Shown here: positions 12,387 to 21,451 of the stretch, in pieces | How the letters are laid out: every line of letters starts with the position of its first letter | Numbering within the stretch: the stretch's first letter is position 1 | NCBI GenBank assembly: GCA_017394705.1 | Contig: JAFPXH010000007.1 | Coordinates: forward strand, 2,973 to 66,972 | Length of the DNA stretch: 64,000 nucleotides | Source: Paludibacteraceae bacterium | GTDB lineage: Bacteria > Bacteroidota > Bacteroidia > Bacteroidales > Paludibacteraceae | Direction of reading: 5' to 3' | The notes under the pieces: model-generated | Databases searched by the model: none | The model's input: only the letters and a program-made list of their open reading frames with translations | What the model was told of the DNA's origin: nothing | Program-made: the position numbers and the translations under genes

Positions 12387-15203
12387 ATGTTTTATAAACT
12401 GATAGAAAAGAAACGGAACGAGTGGCTGAACTCCAACGAGTGCACCGTAAGCGAGTTGCTCAAATACATTGAGCAGCGAGGGTTTATGCGTGACGCACAG
12501 TTGGAAGCCATCAAGACGTATCTGTTTTTGAAGATAGCGTGCGGCAACCAGCCTTTGTGGAAACTATTTACAGATGGGCGGTTCAATGATACGAATATCG
12601 GGCAGGTGGAACTGACCGAGACGGCTCGTCAGATATTCAACACAACACCCGCCGCTGTTGCGCTCTTCCAATACGCACGTCTCCAAGATAAGAACGGTAA
12701 ACAACTTGCGCCGGAACTGGAGAAATATATCAAACAGCACGCGGACGAAATAGATTACGAGGCGACATTCAAAAAGATTTTCTACGGTGTCACCTACACC
12801 GATTATCTGTTTAGTCTGCCGATGGGAGCAGGTAAAACCTATCTGATGGCGGCGTTCATCTATCTGGATTTGTATTTTGCGCAGAACGAGCCTGACAACC
12901 CTGCTTTTGCGCATAATTTCATGGTGATGGCTCCGTCCGGCTTGAAATCCTCTATTGTGCCGAGTTTGAAGCATATACAGGAATTTGACCCGAGTTGGAT
13001 TATACCGCAACCTACAGCCTCACAACTCAAACGGCAGATTAAGTTCGAGATCTTGGATGAGCAGAAATCAGCAAACAAGAGCAACCGTATCAAGAACCCG
13101 AACGCGCAGAAGATTAACAATCATCAGCCCTTGGAGGATCTTATGGGCTTGGTAGCGATTACGAATGCCGAGAAAGTGATTCTTGACCGAATGGACACGG
13201 ACAAAGATACGTCCTTGTACTCGGATGATGAACTCAAACGAATGGAACTTGCCAATGAGTTGCGAGATCTAATAGGCAAACTTCCGAACCTTGCTATCTA
13301 TATTGACGAGGTACACCATGCCGCTGATGGCGAAATCAAGTTGCGTCAGGTCGTGAACAAATGGACGGAACAACATACCTTCAATTCCGTGCTTGGTTTC
13401 TCCGGTACACCTTATCTGGAGAGTGCTGAGAAAGTACAGTTGTCCGATGAGTTTGCCATCAAGAACACCGACCTTGCAAACGTGGTGTATTACTATCCGC
13501 TTATTAAAGGTATCGGCAACTTCCTAAAAGTGCCGGATGTCAAGTCTGTGGATAACGACACACTCTCTATTGTCACAAGCGGCGTGAAGGAGTTCTTCGA
13601 CAAATACCGCGACACCGTCTATGCAGATGGTACATGCGCCAAAATTGCGATTTATAGTCCAAGCATTGAGACATTAGAAGAAATTGTATATCCGCAAGTG
13701 GCAGAAATTACAGCCTCTTACGGATTCAATCCGACAGAAGTCATCTTGAAATATCATAAGGGAAACGCGCAATACAAGCAACCGGAAGGAGCAGAAACCG
13801 CTTTTGCTTCATTGGATTTGTCGTTAAGCAAGGTGCGCGTGGTTCTTCTCGTCCAAATCGGTAAAGAGGGATGGGATTGCAAGAGCCTCACGGGTGTTAT
13901 CCTTCCGCAAAAAGGAGCATGCCCGCTGAATATGGTATTACAAACAACTTGCCGTTGCTTGCGTCAGGTCGTCAAGCGCAACCAAGAAACGGCGATTGTT
14001 TGGCTCAATAAATTTAATGCCGATACGCTGAACAAACAGTTGCAGCAACAGCAAAATATCACGCTCCAAGAGTTTAGTCAGAAACCGACCACTGCAAGAA
14101 CCTCTATTGAACGCTACTCGCGAATGGAGCAGATGCAAGTGCCGCCCATTGATTTCTACCAACTGAAAGTATCTTACGAAACACTAGTTGTTGACGAGAA
14201 TAATGACCCGCATGTACGATTGCAAGATCCGGCTATTTTGGTGGAGGCTGATAACGCGCTTATACATCAGCAGGATATGAGTGGAAAACTCATCGCTTCT
14301 TATGAACAAGAGACAACCGGAGAGGAAAAGCCTTCTTTCCAATGGTGGCTGCAACAAATAGCGAAAGAGAGTTTCGGTACAATCAAGGTGGCAGAACTCA
14401 AAAAATACGAAGCGGAATTGCATGCCATTTACAATGCACTCACACCCAAACATGACTATCAGCGTGTCCGTTCACTTATTCGTCAAACATTCCAACCAAT
14501 CCGCGATTTTAAAATAAAAGAAGAAGTTGTACCCGAAAAGGCTGCATTGCTTCAAATAGAAAAACTGATTTCGCCTATTGAGGACTTTGGGCGGTTCTAT
14601 CCCTCACAGCAAGAAGTTCAAGATATCAAAAAATGGGATGAACGTCCACCGCAGGAAGAATTGAGTCCGGAAGTACAAAAACTAATCGACCAATTAAGTG
14701 CATTGGGTCAAGATGTCTCTGCTCTCACACCGCAATCAGATCCTCACCCGGAACGCAATCAGACGTACCACTATCTGCCTTATCGCTTTGATAGTCAACT
14801 GGAGATAGATTATTTCTCCACGGAGGTACTGCCGCTTATTCATGGCAAAGCGCTTGAATTATATTTCAATGGTGATGACACGCTTACCGAGTTCAAAATT
14901 AACTGCTACAAGAAAAACGGCACACGATGGAATTATATCGGCAAGTATGTGCCTGATTTCCTTTTGCTCAGCCGTAACGAAGCGAACGAGATAGACAAAG
15001 TTATTATCATCGAGACCAAAGGCAAAGGCTATGCACCTGCGTTTGCGGACAAAAAGGCGTTCATGGAAACAGAGTTTATCTGTAAGAATAACGAGAAGTT
15101 TGGCTACAAACGGTTTGACTTCCTCTATCTCGAAGACACGCTCACAGCCGAGCAGCGCAGACAAAAGACCGTAGAGGCTATCCACCAATTCTTTAACATG
15201 TAA
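12387..15203 (+). CDS. res: Type III restriction enzyme Res subunit (SF2 helicase plus C-terminal PD-(D/E)xK)
   Basis: Walker A PMGAGKTY, DEAH-box YIDEVHH, GKEGWDC. C-terminal YVPDFLLL...IIIETKGKG nuclease motif. Confidence 0.85.
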   Translation: MFYKLIEKKRNEWLNSNECTVSELLKYIEQRGFMRDAQLEAIKTYLFLKIACGNQPLWKLFTDGRFNDTNIGQVELTETARQIFNTTPAAVALFQYARLQDKNGKQLAPELEKYIKQHADEIDYEATFKKIFYGVTYTDYLFSLPMGAGKTYLMAAFIYLDLYFAQNEPDNPAFAHNFMVMAPSGLKSSIVPSLKHIQEFDPSWIIPQPTASQLKRQIKFEILDEQKSANKSNRIKNPNAQKINNHQPLEDLMGLVAITNAEKVILDRMDTDKDTSLYSDDELKRMELANELRDLIGKLPNLAIYIDEVHHAADGEIKLRQVVNKWTEQHTFNSVLGFSGTPYLESAEKVQLSDEFAIKNTDLANVVYYYPLIKGIGNFLKVPDVKSVDNDTLSIVTSGVKEFFDKYRDTVYADGTCAKIAIYSPSIETLEEIVYPQVAEITASYGFNPTEVILKYHKGNAQYKQPEGAETAFASLDLSLSKVRVVLLVQIGKEGWDCKSLTGVILPQKGACPLNMVLQTTCRCLRQVVKRNQETAIVWLNKFNADTLNKQLQQQQNITLQEFSQKPTTARTSIERYSRMEQMQVPPIDFYQLKVSYETLVVDENNDPHVRLQDPAILVEADNALIHQQDMSGKLIASYEQETTGEEKPSFQWWLQQIAKESFGTIKVAELKKYEAELHAIYNALTPKHDYQRVRSLIRQTFQPIRDFKIKEEVVPEKAALLQIEKLISPIEDFGRFYPSQQEVQDIKKWDERPPQEELSPEVQKLIDQLSALGQDVSALTPQSDPHPERNQTYHYLPYRFDSQLEIDYFSTEVLPLIHGKALELYFNGDDTLTEFKINCYKKNGTRWNYIGKYVPDFLLLSRNEANEIDKVIIIETKGKGYAPAFADKKAFMETEFICKNNEKFGYKRFDFLYLEDTLTAEQRRQKTVEAIHQFFNM

Positions 15204-15216
15204 CAATTATACCATT

Positions 15217-17241
15217 ATGGCAATCAAATATGTTCCTTACTTTCCGAACACACTGGAAGGACAAGCAATCTTAGACAATTTCGTGCGTACCAAACGCGTG
15301 TTGCGTTATCGGGACAACGACCAAGTGATTGAGCGTATCGAACGAGGTATGCCACTCTATGAGATGGAAACCAAAGAGACCATCGGCACGAACCCGGATC
15401 AAAACAAGATCATTCGTGGCGAGTGTCTCTCTGCATGTGCATATCTTAAAGAACATGGCATACAAGTAGATTTGGTATATATTGACCCGCCTTTTGCTTC
15501 CGGAGCAGACTACGCCAAGAAAGTCTATATCCGTCGCAATCCGTTGGTGGCTAAAGCTATCGAACAAGCCGAAAGCGAATTGGATGTAGAAGAACTGAAA
15601 GCCTTCGAGGAAAAGATGTACGGCGATGTGTGGGATAAAGAGCGTTACCTTAACTGGATGTACGAAAACCTCATGGCGATTAAAAGCGTCATGTCCGATG
15701 AAGCCAGCATCTATGTACACCTGGATTACCATATAGGGCACTATGTCAAAATCCTTATGGACGAGATATTTGGAGAAGATAACTTCCGAAATGAGATTAT
15801 TTGGAAAAGAACAGGAGCGCACAACGATGCAGGAAAATATGGCATCGTACATGACACGCTGTTTTGGTATTCAAAATCTAATGAATATTATTTTGAGAAT
15901 GTATTTATTGATTTGACAGAAGAACATAAATCTACTCGGTTTAGAAATATAGAAGAAGAAACAGGCAGAAAATTCTATCCTGGTCCTATTACTGCTCCAG
16001 GAAGTGGCCCTAGCAGAGTATTTAATGGAAGAGAAATAAATCCACCTAGTGGTCGACATTGGAGTTATTCTCAAGAAAAAATAAATGAATTAGAAAAACA
16101 AGGACGCATATATTATAGTTCAACAGGCATTCCATATTTGAAAGAATATGAAGATGAATATACACAAAAGGGGCGTGCAGTCCAAAGTATTTGGGATGAC
16201 ATTTTACCATCTAAAACTGGAAATGAACTTGTAGATTATGCTACCCAAAAGCCAGAAGCTTTATTGGAACGTGTTATTCAAGCCAGCAGTAATGAAGGCA
16301 TGTTGGTAGCCGATTTCTTCGGTGGTAGTGGTGTCACAGCGGCAGTGGCAAATAAGTTAGGGAGGAGGTTTATTCATTGCGATATAGGTGTCAATAGTAT
16401 TCAGACTGTGCGTGACCGACTATTAGCCAATAAGGCTGAGTTTGAAGTGCTCGAAATAAAAGACGGTGTTTCCCTCTATCGCAATCCCGTGCAGACGATG
16501 GACAAACTCAAATCGCTCATCAAAGGATTGCGTAATGAAGACGCATTGGATAAGTTCTGGGAAGGCAGTATAGTTGATACTAAATACGGGATGATGCCTG
16601 TATATTTGCCGAACCTCATGGACAGCACAACTCGTCTTTTGGACAAGCCGCTGATGAACCGTATCATCCGTGAAGCCTTACCCGATCTGCCGGAAGATAC
16701 CAAACGTGTCATCGTCTATTATATTGACATCATCGACCGAAAGGAGATAGAGGACTTCATTCGCGAGAACAACGACCGTACAACCATTGAGATTGAATTG
16801 CGTGACCTCAAGCAAGTCTTGGACGATGTGGTTATCGAAGATAATGCAGAGTGGGAACTGAGCGAAACGCACGAAGATTTATATGGAGGATGGAAACTGA
16901 CGCTCAAACACTTCCATTCCGACCGTGTACTGCGTAAGATAGATGAAGTAAACCTCAAAGGACAGCAGCAAGCCCTGCAAAAAGGCAAAGATTTCAAACC
17001 GTTGGAGATTAGCGAGGAAGGCTTGGAAACTATCGAATGGCTCAGCCTCGATTGTACTATAGCCGATTCCGAAGCACCGTGGCACAGCGACGCGGAGATT
17101 AAGATTGACCGTCTCGGTTACATGATCAAAAATGGTATCAAGACACCGGATTTCTGGGATGCAACCATCTGTTCCGAATCCAAACCTCTCCGTCTCAAAA
17201 TCCGCAATATCTGCGGCGACGAAACGGTGTATGTATTGTAA
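15217..17241 (+). CDS. mod: Type III (beta-class N6A/N4C) DNA methyltransferase Mod subunit
   Basis: Motif IV DLVYIDPPF precedes motif I ADFFGGSGVT (beta permutation). 13 nt downstream of res. Confidence 0.87.
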   Translation: MAIKYVPYFPNTLEGQAILDNFVRTKRVLRYRDNDQVIERIERGMPLYEMETKETIGTNPDQNKIIRGECLSACAYLKEHGIQVDLVYIDPPFASGADYAKKVYIRRNPLVAKAIEQAESELDVEELKAFEEKMYGDVWDKERYLNWMYENLMAIKSVMSDEASIYVHLDYHIGHYVKILMDEIFGEDNFRNEIIWKRTGAHNDAGKYGIVHDTLFWYSKSNEYYFENVFIDLTEEHKSTRFRNIEEETGRKFYPGPITAPGSGPSRVFNGREINPPSGRHWSYSQEKINELEKQGRIYYSSTGIPYLKEYEDEYTQKGRAVQSIWDDILPSKTGNELVDYATQKPEALLERVIQASSNEGMLVADFFGGSGVTAAVANKLGRRFIHCDIGVNSIQTVRDRLLANKAEFEVLEIKDGVSLYRNPVQTMDKLKSLIKGLRNEDALDKFWEGSIVDTKYGMMPVYLPNLMDSTTRLLDKPLMNRIIREALPDLPEDTKRVIVYYIDIIDRKEIEDFIRENNDRTTIEIELRDLKQVLDDVVIEDNAEWELSETHEDLYGGWKLTLKHFHSDRVLRKIDEVNLKGQQQALQKGKDFKPLEISEEGLETIEWLSLDCTIADSEAPWHSDAEIKIDRLGYMIKNGIKTPDFWDATICSESKPLRLKIRNICGDETVYVL

Positions 17242-17260
17242 ACTTAAAACCTTTTGAATT

Positions 17261-17917
17261 ATGGCTAAGACATATGTAAAACCGAGTAAAGAACTTGTTA
17301 AATATACTTGTCCTCATTGTAATACTCTTTCACAAATGGACAAGGGAGGGCATCATTTTCAATCAGATGAATACAGCATGCCTCATAACGGAATGAGTGT
17401 TATAAAATACCATAATGACATAACTATCCATAGATGTGAATGTTGCGGGAAAAAGATTATATGGATTGATGATAATTATATTTACCCAGACATTATTCCT
17501 GAAGAAGCCAATCCTGATATGCCGGAATCCGTAAAGCAACTTTACAACGAGGCTGCTTTGATTGCTAATAAGTCACCTCGCGCTGCGTGTGCATTGTTGC
17601 GCCTTGCAATAGATAGATTGTGCAATGAATTAGGCGAGACAGATAGAGATATCAATAAGAATATAGGTGCTTTAGTTGCGAAAGGATTGCCACAGTCCGT
17701 ACAAAAGGCGCTAGATATTGTACGCGTTGTAGGAAATAAGGCCGTACATCCGGGACAAATCGTATTTGACGTAGATGATAATGCTACAGCAACTATGCTG
17801 ATGCACCTTTTAAATATGATTGTTACCCGAATGATCACAGAGCCGAATGAAATAGATTCTCTTTATCAAGGTTTGCCGGATTCTGTTAAAGATTCGATAG
17901 AGAAGCGTGATAAATGA
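17261..17917 (+). CDS. Zinc-ribbon plus DUF4145-like domain protein
   Basis: CPHCN...CECCGK zinc ribbon, then ACALLRLAIDRLCNELG...VRVVGNKAVHPG, which I recall as the DUF4145 signature. Confidence 0.65.
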   Translation: MAKTYVKPSKELVKYTCPHCNTLSQMDKGGHHFQSDEYSMPHNGMSVIKYHNDITIHRCECCGKKIIWIDDNYIYPDIIPEEANPDMPESVKQLYNEAALIANKSPRAACALLRLAIDRLCNELGETDRDINKNIGALVAKGLPQSVQKALDIVRVVGNKAVHPGQIVFDVDDNATATMLMHLLNMIVTRMITEPNEIDSLYQGLPDSVKDSIEKRDK

Positions 17918-18624
17918 AAAAGAAAGGAAAGAAAAAGACACGAAATCAAGGTAAATGGCACACGATCGCAGATTATTTTAAAAAGCATATTGCTGTTATT
18001 GCTGGGATTATATTAACAGCAATAATATCTGCTATAGTAACCAAGGCTTGTGATAAAATTGTTCCAGATCCTCCTGCCATTGTAGAGAAGGTGCCAGACA
18101 CAATTAGTATTGTTCATGTTTATGAACCTTTGACAGACAGCACTCTTAATCTTTCTCAAAAGAGACTAGAAAAAATAGTAGATGATGCTGTAAAAAAACG
18201 GGTATTAAGTCGTAAATCCAAAGATTTCGTCAACGATAATAGTGTGAACAATATTTCAAAAGACTTATCATTTCCGAATGCAAAGGGGTATTCTCCTCGT
18301 AGTGCTGCTCCCTATTTTTGGTTGGAAATGACGGATCGAAGTCAGCCATATATTGATTTCATATGTCATTTTTTTAATGATGCCATTATTGAGGATATAT
18401 ATTGTCTTTCTATTAAAATATTTGAAATACAAAATGATGGTCAAAGAGTATATGTACTAGACGAGAATTATTGTAAACAGAAAGGGGATAATATCATAAG
18501 ACTTAAAAATATATTCTCTTCTAAAAATTATGAAATCGAAGTTGGTTTTGTATTTAATCGGGATAGGAATTTAAAATATCCTACTTTTTATAGAGAAGCA
18601 AAATATATCAATAATAAAAAGTAA
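17914..18624 (+). CDS. N-terminally TM-anchored hypothetical protein (236 aa)
   Basis: ATGA overlap with the upstream gene. Lys-rich N-terminus, then TM IAVIAGIILTAIISAIV. Very AT-rich. Confidence 0.55.
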   Translation: MKKKGKKKTRNQGKWHTIADYFKKHIAVIAGIILTAIISAIVTKACDKIVPDPPAIVEKVPDTISIVHVYEPLTDSTLNLSQKRLEKIVDDAVKKRVLSRKSKDFVNDNSVNNISKDLSFPNAKGYSPRSAAPYFWLEMTDRSQPYIDFICHFFNDAIIEDIYCLSIKIFEIQNDGQRVYVLDENYCKQKGDNIIRLKNIFSSKNYEIEVGFVFNRDRNLKYPTFYREAKYINNKK

Positions 18625-18749
18625 ACAAAATATTGTTGCGCCTGCGTAGCACATCACAAAGCAGCAAAAGCCAAACTCTCTGCTTATCTCCGCGGCTTAT
18701 AGATTAGCAGAGATAAAACACAAAAAAACGAAAAAAGTCCATCTATATT

Positions 18750-18887
18750 GGGGTCCCCACAGGAACCAGCAAAGCGTTCCGCATGGGGAGAGCGAAGGCA
18801 GGAGTTACCTCGTCGATTAAGCGGAGTGGTATCGACTTTTGTAACCTCCTTGCCGAACGCGAAGGTGATAGATTCTGACTCTTTTTT
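18750..18887. ncRNA. Candidate structured element or small RNA of unknown class
   Basis: Hairpin 18754..18789 (UCCCCA/UGGGGA plus GGAAC/GUUCC). Nested hairpin 18797..18854 (12 bp, two bulges) enclosing UCGAU/AUCGA at 18813..18835. T-run at 18882..18887. Strand unresolved. Confidence 0.25.
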
Positions 18888-18984
18888 GACTTATATATGG
18901 AGGGGGATATAAAAACACGAATCTATTAACACAAAAACGCAATTACCCACGTGTTCGCTGTTTGCGAACGGCGAACACTTGGAC

Positions 18985-19401
18985 TTACGCCAGGATGTCT
19001 TGGTATTCGTCGGTGCGGGTCAGCACTTTTTGCGCGTAAGAACAGACAGGGATGATTTGGCGGTTGTTGGCGCGCGCAAAATCCACTGCAGCAAGAACCA
19101 TTTGGCGCGCAATGCCGCGTCCTTCAAAGCCCTCAAAAACGCGGGTATGGTCAATGATCATCCGTTGCGGAGTGGGGCGTTGGTACGTCATTTCACCCAC
19201 TTGCACCTGGTCTGTACAAGCTCCTTCTTCGGTGGCTCTCATCCATGCCTCGAAAATGCCGTTCTTCCCGGTCTCGTTGTGTTGAATCGTTATCATAGTT
19301 GCTCTATTTCCAATAATTGTTTCTTGCGGTATCAGTATCTGCGCATCAGGCGGCAGAAACGGCTGCAAAGGGTGCCGCTCTATGTCCGGATGGTCATTCA
19401 T
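18985..19401 (-). CDS. GNAT-like N-acetyltransferase (small, YjdJ-type)
   Basis: FEGRGIARQMVLAAVDFARANNRQIIPVCSY. Start moved to the ATG at 19401 because the track TTG lies inside the -7 box. Confidence 0.65.
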   Translation of the reverse strand: MNDHPDIERHPLQPFLPPDAQILIPQETIIGNRATMITIQHNETGKNGIFEAWMRATEEGACTDQVQVGEMTYQRPTPQRMIIDHTRVFEGFEGRGIARQMVLAAVDFARANNRQIIPVCSYAQKVLTRTDEYQDILA

Positions 19402-19413
19402 ATCAAATCGCTG

Positions 19414-19445
19414 CAAAGGTACAATAAATATCCGAATTTAGCAAG
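19414..19445 (-). promoter_or_regulatory. Bacteroidota-type promoter for the GNAT gene
   Basis: Minus strand: TACCTTTG (plus 19414..19421), TTG 20 nt upstream. Very short leader. Confidence 0.5.
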
Positions 19446-19461
19446 AGTTTTTGTGCATAAA

Positions 19462-19493
19462 TTTGCATATATGTGATTTTTTTTATACCTTTG
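19462..19493 (+). promoter_or_regulatory. Bacteroidota-type promoter (divergent from the GNAT promoter)
   Basis: TTTGCA at 19462 and TACCTTTG at 19486, 20-nt spacer. Confidence 0.6.
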
Positions 19494-19507
19494 CGGCAAA
19501 TTTGAAG

Positions 19508-19735
19508 ATGGATACTACTAATATGTGCAGCCACCTGCAGCGGAAGTTATTCGCTGAGGACGGCGAGTACCGTGTTATCTGGGAGCAGATAGAGAGCGAC
19601 CCGACACTCACGGCGGTAGTGCGTTCGCGACAACTGCATATCTACCGCGATGGGAAGAAAATACTGGTCCTTGCCGGTAAGAGTGCACCGAAAATCATCC
19701 GGGACGACAAACTGTGCGAATTGTTAAATGGATAG
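19508..19735 (+). CDS. Hypothetical protein (75 aa)
   Basis: ATG 15 nt after the -7 box. No motif recognised. Confidence 0.4.
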   Translation: MDTTNMCSHLQRKLFAEDGEYRVIWEQIESDPTLTAVVRSRQLHIYRDGKKILVLAGKSAPKIIRDDKLCELLNG

Positions 19736-19806
19736 ATGGTAAATGCCCAAATGCCTAAATAGTCAAATAAATGCCCAAATGGTAAATGACTAAATGGTAA
19801 ATATCA
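19736..19806. repeat. Degenerate heptad tract (AAATGNN / TAAATGN)
   Basis: atggtaa atgccca aatgcct aaatagt caaataa atgccca aatggta aatgact aaatggt aaatat. TAA and ATG recur at 7-nt period. Confidence 0.85.
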
Positions 19807-19809
19807 ACG

Positions 19810-20325
19810 ATGGATAATTTCGTAGCCATAGATTTTGAGACGGCGAACTTCGCGCAGTCAAGCGTTTGTTCGGTCGGGCTGGTCATCGTCAAAGACGGCG
19901 AGATAGTGGACAACTACTATTCGCTCATCCGTCCGGTGCCGAACTATTACAACGCGCGTTGCAGCGAAGTGAACGGCTTGCATTTCGACGACACCAATGA
20001 TGCGCCGGAGTTTCCCGACGTGTGGACGGAGGCGGTGAAGAAGGTGCATGAGTATTTCCCGTATATCGAGGACGGAGAAGTGCCGTTCGTCGCGCACAAC
20101 AAAGCGTTTGACGAGAACTGCCTGAAGGCGGTCTTCCGTGCGTACGACATCGTTTATCCAGACTATGCGTTTGAATGTACTTTGCTCCGTTCGCGCAAAG
20201 TGTGGCCCGGCGGACATCACAATCTGGACATCATTGCCGGCTACTGCGGTTACGACATGACCAATCACCACCATGCCCTCGCCGATGCAGAGGCATGTGC
20301 CATCATTGCCAAACAGATATTATGA
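19810..20325 (+). CDS. DEDDh 3'-5' exonuclease (DnaQ/epsilon-like), paralog 1
   Basis: Exo I AIDFET, Exo II VAHNKAFDENCL, Exo III HHALADAEA. About 80 percent identical by hand alignment to 48421..48936. Confidence 0.85.
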   Translation: MDNFVAIDFETANFAQSSVCSVGLVIVKDGEIVDNYYSLIRPVPNYYNARCSEVNGLHFDDTNDAPEFPDVWTEAVKKVHEYFPYIEDGEVPFVAHNKAFDENCLKAVFRAYDIVYPDYAFECTLLRSRKVWPGGHHNLDIIAGYCGYDMTNHHHALADAEACAIIAKQIL

Positions 20326-20435
20326 CCTACGACGAATACATAGCCCAAGAGCAGCAGGCGATGGATGAGGAGCAGCGGGATGACAGTTGCTTTCTGGAGT
20401 ACCAGCCCGAAGGGCAGTTTGTGAGAACGCACTAA
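20322..20435 (+). CDS. Possible 37-aa acidic ORF coupled to the exonuclease
   Basis: ATGA overlap with the exonuclease stop. No other support. Confidence 0.2.
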   Translation: MTYDEYIAQEQQAMDEEQRDDSCFLEYQPEGQFVRTH

Positions 20436-20500
20436 TTGTAAATTCCAAAAAATGCTTTTGGAGGTGTAACCTTTTGACGATTTGTGTATCTTATCAGTAG

Positions 20501-21061
20501 GTGAACGACAATGTATCCGATATAGAACTAATCCGGCAAGTGCTGCGCGAGAACAATCCGCGGGCGTTTGAGATACTGGTGCAACGCTACTCTTTGCAGG
20601 TTTACAGTGTTGCCATGCGTTTGATGCATGACGAAGAGGATGCCGCAGAAGTGACACAAATGGCGTTTATTCAAGCATACAAACAATTAGATTCATGGCA
20701 AGGCGGCAATTTCGGCTCGTGGGTGACTGTCATTGCTAATCATATCGGGTTACGTCTGCTGGAAAAAGAAAAGCGACGAGGGGAAGTACGATTTGACGAT
20801 GTACGATGTACAACGGATTTGGCGGATGTAGCGGATGAGACATACAACGAGCAGAAAGAACAACAACTCCAAGCCTTGGAGCAAGCGATAGCCCAACTGC
20901 CGGAACAAGAGCAACAAATCATCCGATGGCATTATTACGAAGGAGTGCCGCTACAAGCCATCGCCGAACGGCTCGGACAAACAGAAAACAACATCAAGGT
21001 GCGGCTATTCCGCATCAGAGAAAGACTGAAGAAAAAGATAGAACATGGAAAGGATAACTGA
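20501..21061 (+). CDS. ECF-type RNA polymerase sigma-70 factor
   Basis: GTG start. Region 2 (VYSVAMRLMHDEEDAAEVTQMAFIQAY) and region 4 (IIRWHYYEGVPLQAIAERLGQTENNIKVRLFR). Confidence 0.85.
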   Translation: MNDNVSDIELIRQVLRENNPRAFEILVQRYSLQVYSVAMRLMHDEEDAAEVTQMAFIQAYKQLDSWQGGNFGSWVTVIANHIGLRLLEKEKRRGEVRFDDVRCTTDLADVADETYNEQKEQQLQALEQAIAQLPEQEQQIIRWHYYEGVPLQAIAERLGQTENNIKVRLFRIRERLKKKIEHGKDN

Positions 21062-21362
21062 TTACGAATTGGACGCGCTGTTTCAGCAGTCTGCACAGCA
21101 CCACAAGGCAGTGGAGCAAATAAACCGTCAGGTGATGCGCACCGTACGCCGTGATATGCGGCTCAAGACCCTGCGCAAATGGGCAAAACTGCTCGGTCTC
21201 TGTTTCGGTCTGCCGGTTGCGGTAGTGGTGTATATCTATGCGCTGTTCATGTTCATGCCGGAAATGCCGGAGCAGCTGCAAAACGTTTGCATAGCTATCC
21301 CCGTTGCTACCATCCTTGGTCTGGCAGCGCAACGCTTGCATTATTTTTCGCCGGAGGTGTAA
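21045..21362 (+). CDS. Putative anti-sigma/membrane protein
   Basis: Overlaps the sigma gene 3' end. Two TM segments. Confidence 0.45.
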   Translation: MERITDYELDALFQQSAQHHKAVEQINRQVMRTVRRDMRLKTLRKWAKLLGLCFGLPVAVVVYIYALFMFMPEMPEQLQNVCIAIPVATILGLAAQRLHYFSPEV

Positions 21363-21451
21363 CCTTTCTGCACCCCGCGTATCATACAAATAGAAGGGCA
21401 GACCGGTAGCCCGCAAAAATAACATGGTTAAACAATTAAATTTATAGTATT

